Shown here in pieces: positions 27,323-34,961 of a stretch of 64,000 bases of DNA. The DNA is from Candidatus Hydrogenedentota bacterium (GTDB taxonomy: Bacteria > Hydrogenedentota > Hydrogenedentia > Hydrogenedentales > SLHB01): NCBI GenBank assembly GCA_045863295.1, contig BTWA01000026.1, positions 1-64,000 of the forward strand, in the 5' to 3' direction. A model generated the notes under the pieces. It was given only the letters and a program-made list of their open reading frames with translations. It ran no database searches and was not told where the DNA came from. Position 1 is the stretch's first letter; every line of letters starts with the position of its first letter. Both the position numbers and the translations under genes were made by a program.

Positions 27323-30300
27323 ATGGCGACATGGAAAACAGTCCGCGTCTTTATCTCCTCCACCTTCCGCGACATGCACGCGGAGCGGGACTACCTGGTC
27401 AAAGTGGTTTTCCCGCGGTTGCGAGAGCGGTTAGATCCGCACCGAATTCATCTAGTCGATATCGATTTGAGGTGGGGCATTACAGAGGAAGAAGCAGAGG
27501 ACAACCGCGTACTCGACCTTTGCCTACAGCAAATTGACACCTGCCGCCCTTTCTTCATCGGCATCCTGGGCGAGCGCTATGGTTGGGTGCCCGGTGCTTT
27601 CGACGAGTCGGCTCTCTCGAAGTATGGCTGGATACAACACGCAACGGGTAAGAGCCTGACCGAACTGGAAATATTGCACGGCGTACTGCGCAATCCCGAG
27701 ATGCGCAGTCATGCGTTCTTCTATTTCCGCAACCCTGCGTTTATTGATGACGTGCCCGTCACAAAACGAAGCGACCTGCGACCGGAGAACGCTGAATCCA
27801 AAGATAAGCTGCTCAGTCTGAGAGAGGCCATTCGACAAACTCCTCTTTCGTACCCGCCAATGGAAAACTACCCTTGCCGTTACGCCGGGCTACGGATCAA
27901 CTGGCGGCTCGCGTCACAGAACCTTACCCAAGCCGACAGAGATGTGCTGCATACCTTGGCGGTGGACGGTGTAGTAGATTCAACCGAATACGCGGCATTG
28001 GACGATCGGCTCCGGTCGGTGATCGACCAGAATAGCCACGTATTGCTGACTGGGCTTGAGATATTTGGGAACAGGGTATTTGACCAACTTTGGAGCGGCA
28101 TCAAATTCGAGTACGAACTGCCCGATACCCCGTCAATTCATACGCTCCGGGAACGCGATCCACTCGCGGAAGATCAGGAATACCACGAGCGATTCATGGA
28201 ATCTCGGACACGGGTGTACATTGGCCGCGAGAATATTCAGCAGCAGCTTTTCGCCGTGGCCAGCAACGACGATACGTATCCATGCCTGGTAACCGGGCCG
28301 GCTGGCTCGGGCAAATCCGCCATACTTGCCAAATTTGCGACGGATTATTTGGCCGCGCATCCCGACGTGCTGGTCATACCTCATTTCGTCGGGGCGAGTC
28401 CCGGCTCGACAAGTCTCATGCACATGCTGCGTCGCTTCTGTCTGATCCTGGGCGATACGTTCGCTATAAAACACGTTCAAACGCAGGAAGAGAGCGAACA
28501 GTGGCAAGTCCCCGCCGAAGTCCCATTCGAACCTATCGAGCTCGCTTCCAGATTCAGGGATTATCTAAATCGTGTGCCAGGAGAAAAACGCGTCGTCTTT
28601 GTCATCGACGCTCTAAATCAACTCGACGAAACGGACAACGCGCATGCCCTTCATTGGCTGCCCCGCGAGTGGCCCACCCATGTGAAATGTATTGCCAGTT
28701 GCACTGCTCACGAGGATAATAACCCTGTCGTGCTGGCAGCATTCAAAGGGCGCCGCACGCACATTATCCGCGTACCGACGCTGACGGACGAAGAGCGCTT
28801 GGCCATTGTGACTGAGGTGCCCTCGCTAAGTGCAAAACGCCTCTCCTCAAGTCAGGTCCGTCTGCTGCTCGATAACCCGGCGACGAAAAACCCTCTGCTT
28901 TTGCTGGTCGCACTCGAGGAACTGCGTGGGTTCGGATCCTTCGATCAACTCAACGCCCGCATTGCCGCACTGCCCCGCGACGGCGATACCGTGACCGCGA
29001 TTTTCACCCAGGTGATCGAACGTCTGGAAGAGGAATTTGACGCGCGGCAGGTGCGAAAAGTCCTTTCATGGCTCGCGTGCGCCCGAAGCGGACTGTCCGG
29101 GCGCGAACTACTAGAACTGCTCGAAGGCATAGGCGCATCAGAATCACGTTCGGACCTGTATCCCATCCTTCGCCAAATCCGCGCATACCTTCAGCACCGT
29201 GGCGAGCTTTTCGATTTCTACCACGGAAGCTTCCGCGACGCCGTGGCCGGGAAATACGGTGCGCACGCCGGTGCCCAGGTCTTACATGCGGAGTTAGCCG
29301 CATACTTTCTCGCAGTGGCCGATCCAGGCGGGAACCGCTCTTGGACCGGGCAAAGCGCGCATAGCATCAATGAACTGCCTTTCCACCTCTACTCCTCTTG
29401 CGCCTACGAGACACTGGCCGCCGTACTGGGCGATACGATGTTTGCCGCGGCAAAATCAACGGGGGGCGCTGTCTACGACCTATTAACCGATTACCAGACC
29501 GCGATCCTCAGTTTTTCATCCGAGGGCAGTGATCAGACCCGCTTAGTTCAACTTGCCAGCATTTTGCGCCGATTTGCGCACGGACTCCACAACGCTCCCG
29601 AATGCAGCCTGCAACAGATACTTATTGGCATTGCAGCGCTGGAATCGCCAGACACATGTTTGGAGATGCAGGGAAACGTAATTGCCAATGAGCACGCGAG
29701 GACCGGCCCTGTTAAGCTTACCAGTTTCATTCCTCTGCACATGACTACCGGCGTCGCTCGGATCCCCGCGGATAACGATCGAGTCGTTGAGAATTCCGTT
29801 CTAAGACAAGCCTCCATTTTGTTGCGTTATAGAGGCGGAGAGTGGACAGAATTCTCGTCTGACTTCGAAGTGCTCGGAATGGGTTCGACCAATTCGGCCA
29901 CCATGTCAACTATGGTCGCTGGCACGCAAGCCTTGGTGATGTGCAGCGCGAACGTTGCTCAGATTTACAGATATTGGCCCGTTGGCCAGCCTCTGAAACA
30001 TCGCTGCACCCATCCCATTACTACAGCGGCCTGTTCGACGGATGATCGGTTCGTCCTGCTCGGATGCGCCGATGGCGCATTGGAACTGCTGATCTTGGAG
30101 GACGACGGGAGAGTCACAATCGAATCTAACCAATTAGGGACAATGGTCGTGGCGTCATGGTTTGATAGCGGTGGCGTCGCGGTAGCGGTGACTCGAAACG
30201 GTAGTATCCACTATCTACGGTGTGATTCGCATACTGTCACTTATTCGGCCCAAACCCCGCACCCGTGTGCTGCTGCATGCGGAGCCTGGCAGGGAAAAGC

Positions 30301-31633
30301 GTGTCTGCTATCCGAAGACAACCACCTATTCGTTCGTCGTCTGAATGCAGAGTTAGTTTGGGAAGACATGCTTCCGACTCGAGCGTACAGTCTGGCGTTT
30401 GCGGCTAAAACGGCCGATTCCGCTGCAACAATTGTATCAGGCCTGGAAGATGGTAATTTACAGGTGCGCGATGCCGAGTCGGGTAAACTCCAAGAAACGA
30501 TTCAGGTGAGCCATACCGCGTTGCAGCATGTCGAAATAGCACAAGCCGGAAATCTCATTCTGTGCCGCGACTCGGCACATAACGTCTATGTGATATCGCC
30601 AAGACGAGGCGACGATGTCGCACGGTTCAGGTCTTGGCCGTTTTGCGGCCATATTCTCGATACTCACTGGAATGCACGGCTCAGAAGATTGTCGGTCGTC
30701 ACCGCCGATGGTGAACCGTTAATAATCCACGAATCAGGTCATTCCGGCACCAATTGGAATATATCCCATGCGCCCAAGCTCGCCGCTCGGCTCGACGATG
30801 CTAGTTTCGCCCCTGACGGCTCCATCACCGCACTCCATCGCGAACCGGGTGTAAGCCAGGTGTGGCGTCATTCTCCAGTCGGCAACAACGGGTCTACTCC
30901 CGGCCGAACCCCTGAAACAGCCATTGCATTCAGAAGCCGGAGATTGTGGTCTGGACATGTGGCTCGTCTCTCACAACCTCAATGGCTTAAAATCGTGAAA
31001 GTTTCCCGATCAGGAAACGCATTTGCGATGTATTCCAATGCTGGGTTAATAAGTTGGGGGCGATTCCGGCTTTGGGGTATACGGCCGCATTGGGAAAAGT
31101 GGCCCAATCCAATCGACGAGTTCGCCATATCCGATAGAGGAACCGTAATCGTCTTGACACAGCAAACGGGCACGGCTATAGATAAACCACCAGCCCGGCT
31201 TCTTTTGTGCAAGGGTTTCAAGCACACATTGCTGAAAGATGGCTGGGGCGGGGGAACGCGTGGGATAGAGCGCGGAATGGCCAAACAGCTTCGGGGAATA
31301 TCAATTAGCTGTGACGGACGAATTATCACGGCCATTGACCTCGCGCATAACCTGTGGGTATTCAATTTTGAACCCGACAGACCCGATGATCCTCCAAGTG
31401 GGGATATTGTGCTTTCAAACGTTGTAGCCTGCGAAACGTCGTCGTCAGGCGTCTTTTTCGCTGCATTGCACCTTGACATGACGATCCAAGTACTCTCGCG
31501 CGAAATGAAGGCCTGTCCCCAGAATCTCGGAAAACTCCTGCTGCCTGGCCAGGCTAACCATTTTCGCATCGATGAAACAGCGCGCTGTCTGATTGTCTCA
31601 GGACACAATTATGTTCAGTCGGTGAGATTCTAG
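27323..31633 (+). CDS. Full-length DUF4062-NACHT-beta-propeller (NWD/TEP1-like STAND) protein
   Basis: 'VRVFISSTFRDMHAERDYL', 'IDLRWGI', 'LGERYGW'. Walker A GPAGSGKS, Walker B VFVIDALNQL, winged helix, 'FAAAK.GGAVYDLLTDY', then a degenerate WD40-like C-terminus. Confidence 0.9.
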   Translation: MATWKTVRVFISSTFRDMHAERDYLVKVVFPRLRERLDPHRIHLVDIDLRWGITEEEAEDNRVLDLCLQQIDTCRPFFIGILGERYGWVPGAFDESALSKYGWIQHATGKSLTELEILHGVLRNPEMRSHAFFYFRNPAFIDDVPVTKRSDLRPENAESKDKLLSLREAIRQTPLSYPPMENYPCRYAGLRINWRLASQNLTQADRDVLHTLAVDGVVDSTEYAALDDRLRSVIDQNSHVLLTGLEIFGNRVFDQLWSGIKFEYELPDTPSIHTLRERDPLAEDQEYHERFMESRTRVYIGRENIQQQLFAVASNDDTYPCLVTGPAGSGKSAILAKFATDYLAAHPDVLVIPHFVGASPGSTSLMHMLRRFCLILGDTFAIKHVQTQEESEQWQVPAEVPFEPIELASRFRDYLNRVPGEKRVVFVIDALNQLDETDNAHALHWLPREWPTHVKCIASCTAHEDNNPVVLAAFKGRRTHIIRVPTLTDEERLAIVTEVPSLSAKRLSSSQVRLLLDNPATKNPLLLLVALEELRGFGSFDQLNARIAALPRDGDTVTAIFTQVIERLEEEFDARQVRKVLSWLACARSGLSGRELLELLEGIGASESRSDLYPILRQIRAYLQHRGELFDFYHGSFRDAVAGKYGAHAGAQVLHAELAAYFLAVADPGGNRSWTGQSAHSINELPFHLYSSCAYETLAAVLGDTMFAAAKSTGGAVYDLLTDYQTAILSFSSEGSDQTRLVQLASILRRFAHGLHNAPECSLQQILIGIAALESPDTCLEMQGNVIANEHARTGPVKLTSFIPLHMTTGVARIPADNDRVVENSVLRQASILLRYRGGEWTEFSSDFEVLGMGSTNSATMSTMVAGTQALVMCSANVAQIYRYWPVGQPLKHRCTHPITTAACSTDDRFVLLGCADGALELLILEDDGRVTIESNQLGTMVVASWFDSGGVAVAVTRNGSIHYLRCDSHTVTYSAQTPHPCAAACGAWQGKACLLSEDNHLFVRRLNAELVWEDMLPTRAYSLAFAAKTADSAATIVSGLEDGNLQVRDAESGKLQETIQVSHTALQHVEIAQAGNLILCRDSAHNVYVISPRRGDDVARFRSWPFCGHILDTHWNARLRRLSVVTADGEPLIIHESGHSGTNWNISHAPKLAARLDDASFAPDGSITALHREPGVSQVWRHSPVGNNGSTPGRTPETAIAFRSRRLWSGHVARLSQPQWLKIVKVSRSGNAFAMYSNAGLISWGRFRLWGIRPHWEKWPNPIDEFAISDRGTVIVLTQQTGTAIDKPPARLLLCKGFKHTLLKDGWGGGTRGIERGMAKQLRGISISCDGRIITAIDLAHNLWVFNFEPDRPDDPPSGDIVLSNVVACETSSSGVFFAALHLDMTIQVLSREMKACPQNLGKLLLPGQANHFRIDETARCLIVSGHNYVQSVRF

Positions 31634-31658
31634 CCAGTGAGAACGAAAAGGTACTGAA

Positions 31659-32780
31659 ATGAACACTGCCAAGGACTACTTCGTGGGCGCAACTAGCGTC
31701 GTCAGTATGTGTTTACTTGTAAGTTCATTCGTGCTCATGTATCGCAACTTCTTTACTGAATCGCACTATTCGTGGTGGCTCATCGGCGGCCTCGCTTTAC
31801 AGTTTCCAGTGATGGCAAAGATAATGGCGAAGCTCTTTCGCGGATCCGTCCGGCCGTCTGATGAAGTTATCAATCATGCTTTCGATCGCGTCTACGAACA
31901 GAGACTTCGTTCGGTTGTATTCAAATTTCCCGAAGGCTGGCGCTACAAGAAGCAAGGACGCGGCGTGCACAGTTTCTACATGCAAGAATGTGGCCACGCG
32001 GCAGTAATACACGTCGAGCTTACATATCTCTTCGAAACCGAGATTGACTCGCTGGAGGGGTACTTGGCGTACGCAACGGAATTTGTGCGTGGGCTAAACG
32101 CCGAACTTATGTTTAACCGTGTCGCAGATCGATGGGGAATGCGTATTCACGAGTTTGCGTACAAGTCACCGCGTAGTTGCGGGCAACGGCTGACTGTGCC
32201 CTATCATGGCACTGAATATGGGTTCTTTTTGCGGACCGATGTCGCGGACCTGGCGCAGCCTGCAGGTAAGCTCTTCGATCACTTCTTGAGCCACGTGCGA
32301 TTTGATCCCCCACCACTAAAACCGCAACTGGCATTTGGTGGACAATTGTCAGTTGCACTTCCAGCGGAATTCATGCCCGTCCAGACCCAAAAAACGGACA
32401 CCGCAACTTGGAAAAGCACGACTCGAAAAGACTGTAGCATCTGGTTGCAGTACCGTCACGAATGTGAAGCACCAATGCGCCCTGAACTACTTCGCCCGCT
32501 GCTGAAAAGCTGCCCCCGTCCCGAACAGGGCGCGAACGACTTCGTCCGGGGACTAAAAAAGGGTCAAATCAGACTATCTGAAAATGGATTTGGGGGATAC
32601 ATCTATTATCAAGCCACGGATAGGTGGGGTTGGTTAGCGGCGGTGGGAGACCTACCGTCGGGCGGGCGTGTTCTGTTCTGCCTTGACGACAAAGACCCTG
32701 AACAGGCTCCATATTATGGGACATACTTTTATGAGCAAATCTCAATTGAAATTCTAGTTACCTTGTCGGAACGGCTGTAG
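31659..32780 (+). CDS. Hypothetical membrane protein (2 N-terminal TM, possibly two PsbP/DcrB-like domains)
   Basis: 373 aa starting 25 bp after the STAND gene. Two hydrophobic helices, then the repeated pattern 'FKFPEGW...FDHFLSHVRF' / 'VALPAEF...IEILVTL'. Confidence 0.65.
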   Translation: MNTAKDYFVGATSVVSMCLLVSSFVLMYRNFFTESHYSWWLIGGLALQFPVMAKIMAKLFRGSVRPSDEVINHAFDRVYEQRLRSVVFKFPEGWRYKKQGRGVHSFYMQECGHAAVIHVELTYLFETEIDSLEGYLAYATEFVRGLNAELMFNRVADRWGMRIHEFAYKSPRSCGQRLTVPYHGTEYGFFLRTDVADLAQPAGKLFDHFLSHVRFDPPPLKPQLAFGGQLSVALPAEFMPVQTQKTDTATWKSTTRKDCSIWLQYRHECEAPMRPELLRPLLKSCPRPEQGANDFVRGLKKGQIRLSENGFGGYIYYQATDRWGWLAAVGDLPSGGRVLFCLDDKDPEQAPYYGTYFYEQISIEILVTLSERL

Positions 32781-32880
32781 TGGCGCAAGGCGACACAATA
32801 ATGATGAAATATGACATATGACCGATTCTACAAGATTGAAAGAGACGAGGTAAGGCTGACAGGAGCATGACTGGAAGAAG

Positions 32881-34641
32881 ATGACCTATACTTCGAAAAT
32901 ACGCGGGGGGTGGGAACCCGTTCGAGCTTTTTGGCGCGTTTGGGGGTGGCCTATTATCTGGGCGCTTGGGGTGGCGTCGTTTGTGTGCGGATATGTGGGG
33001 TTCGCGCAATATTACCAGTCACAGGCCGAAGTCCATTCGGTGTTGGAACTGGTGTACCGCACGCTCCAGCTCTACGTCCTCCAATCCGGAGCGTTGGACT
33101 ATCCGGTCCCGCCTGCGCTTGAGGTCGCGCGGTTTCTTGCGCCCGCCGTGTTCGGTTACACGGCAACCCGCGCGCTGACATCGCTGCTGCGCGAACAGTT
33201 TCTCACGTTATGGCTATGGCGGCGGCGGGAGCACGTCGTTGTGTGCGGACTTGGGCGCAAGGGCCTCCAAATCGCAAAAGACTTCAGCAACCGGTACTCC
33301 GTCGTTGTTATCGAGCCCGATGCGCACAACGACCGCATCCGTCACTGCCGCGACTTTGGCGCGCGCGTCCTCATCGGCGACGCATCGGACATCGACCTGC
33401 TACGGCAGGCGGGCGTGGCGCGCGCGCGTTACGTCGTCGCCACGACGGGCGACGACGGGGTAAATGTGGAAATCGTGCTCCACGCCCGCGAACTGGTGCA
33501 ATCGCGCCCCGCGATGTTCTCGCATACCTGCACGTGCCTGGTTCACATTGTCGACTCCACATTGTGTGCGGTCTTCAAAATGGCGCCGACTTTTACCTCA
33601 GGCAAGGATTGGTTCGAGGCAACGGTTTTCAACATATACGAAAACTGCGCAAGGCAACTGTTCGAAGTGCAACCGCTGGACCGCGTGCCCATCGGCGTTT
33701 CTAGCCGGGTGTCGGTCCACCTCGTCGTAATCGGATTCGGCCAAATGGGTCAGGCTGTCGCGCTGCAGGCGGCACGCGTGGGCCATTTCGCAAATGGACG
33801 CCGGCTGCGCATCAGCGTCGTCGATCGAAACGCGAAGGAAGCACACGCCGCCTTCCTTGCGTTGTATCCGCGATTTGGCGACATCTGCGACATCGAGTTC
33901 GTTCACGCACTCGCGGGAAGCGCGGAAGTCAACGAACGCTTGATCGCTTGGGCGACCGAAGAGAACGCGATGCTGACCGTTGCCATTTGCCTCGACAACG
34001 ACACGCGCAGTCTGACGCGGGCCCTGGCTATCGCGGAGAAGCTCCGGGAGTATAACGTGCCCGTTCGTGTTCGGATGGAAGAAGACACGGGACTGGCCAG
34101 CTTGCTCGTATGCGAGGGCGTATGTCATCCTTCGATTGCATACATCCGCGCATTTGGCCAGATTGATCGCGTGTGCGCGCTGAACCGGCTACTGTCCGAA
34201 GAGCAGGACCGCAAGGCGCGCCGGCTCCACAATCGGTTTATCGCCGTGGCGCGGCAAGATCTCAAGAGACCGAAAGATGACCCGGCGCTTCTGGACTGGG
34301 AGAAACTCCCCGAAACATACAAGGAGTCGAACCGGCAGGCGGCGGATCATCTTCCGGTGAAACTGCGCGCAATCGGAATCACAGAGAATGGCGATCTCAC
34401 ACGCGAATTGAAAACACGTGAGATCGAAATTCTAGCCCGCATGGAACACGCGCGCTGGATGGCCGAGCGCCAGCTTTCTGGCTGGAAGTACGCGCCCGGG
34501 CCGAAGAACGACACGAAGAAGACGAACCCAAACCTCGTGGCATGGTCGAAACTCGATCGCGCGAATAAGGACAAAGATCGCGGCGCGGTCCGCGAAATGG
34601 TAAGTTGGCTCAAAGTCCCAACGCACAGGAGTGCTACATGA
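32881..34641 (+). CDS. Membrane protein with tandem TrkA-N/RCK domains and C-terminal RyR domain
   Basis: Two TM segments; Rossmann motifs 'HVVVCGLGRKG' and 'HLVVIGFGQMG'; RyR motifs 'WEKLPETYKESNR.AADH' and 'LARMEHARW.AER...GW.Y....D......NLV.W..L'. Confidence 0.85.
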   Translation: MTYTSKIRGGWEPVRAFWRVWGWPIIWALGVASFVCGYVGFAQYYQSQAEVHSVLELVYRTLQLYVLQSGALDYPVPPALEVARFLAPAVFGYTATRALTSLLREQFLTLWLWRRREHVVVCGLGRKGLQIAKDFSNRYSVVVIEPDAHNDRIRHCRDFGARVLIGDASDIDLLRQAGVARARYVVATTGDDGVNVEIVLHARELVQSRPAMFSHTCTCLVHIVDSTLCAVFKMAPTFTSGKDWFEATVFNIYENCARQLFEVQPLDRVPIGVSSRVSVHLVVIGFGQMGQAVALQAARVGHFANGRRLRISVVDRNAKEAHAAFLALYPRFGDICDIEFVHALAGSAEVNERLIAWATEENAMLTVAICLDNDTRSLTRALAIAEKLREYNVPVRVRMEEDTGLASLLVCEGVCHPSIAYIRAFGQIDRVCALNRLLSEEQDRKARRLHNRFIAVARQDLKRPKDDPALLDWEKLPETYKESNRQAADHLPVKLRAIGITENGDLTRELKTREIEILARMEHARWMAERQLSGWKYAPGPKNDTKKTNPNLVAWSKLDRANKDKDRGAVREMVSWLKVPTHRSAT

Positions 34642-34919
34642 GCTACGCCCCAAGACCAATCGACACATCAGGTGTGGTGTTGACAGAAGAAATTGCAAAG
34701 CTGACGGAACTGCTCGCGGAAAATGCCCACGAGCATTGGGCCAAGCAGCGTCTCAGCGATGGCTGGCGCTACGGTCCCACGCGGGACGATGCCAAGAAAG
34801 AACATCCCTGCCTCATTCCCTACGGTGATCTCCCCGATTCCGAAAAGACATACGACCGAAAAATGGCCATAGAAACCCTGAAGGTAATCCTGGCCCTCGG
34901 CTATCGCATAGCGAAATAG
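34638..34919 (+). CDS. Stand-alone RyR (ryanodine receptor repeat) domain protein
   Basis: 93 aa 'YAPRPIDTS.V.L...LAENAHEHWA..R..DGW.YG..RDD..K.HPCL.PY..LP.SEK.YDR'. ATGA overlap with the upstream stop. Confidence 0.92.
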   Translation: MSYAPRPIDTSGVVLTEEIAKLTELLAENAHEHWAKQRLSDGWRYGPTRDDAKKEHPCLIPYGDLPDSEKTYDRKMAIETLKVILALGYRIAK

Positions 34920-34961
34920 ACGATTGATACGGACCAATTAACGATTTCGAAAGGAGGCCGC

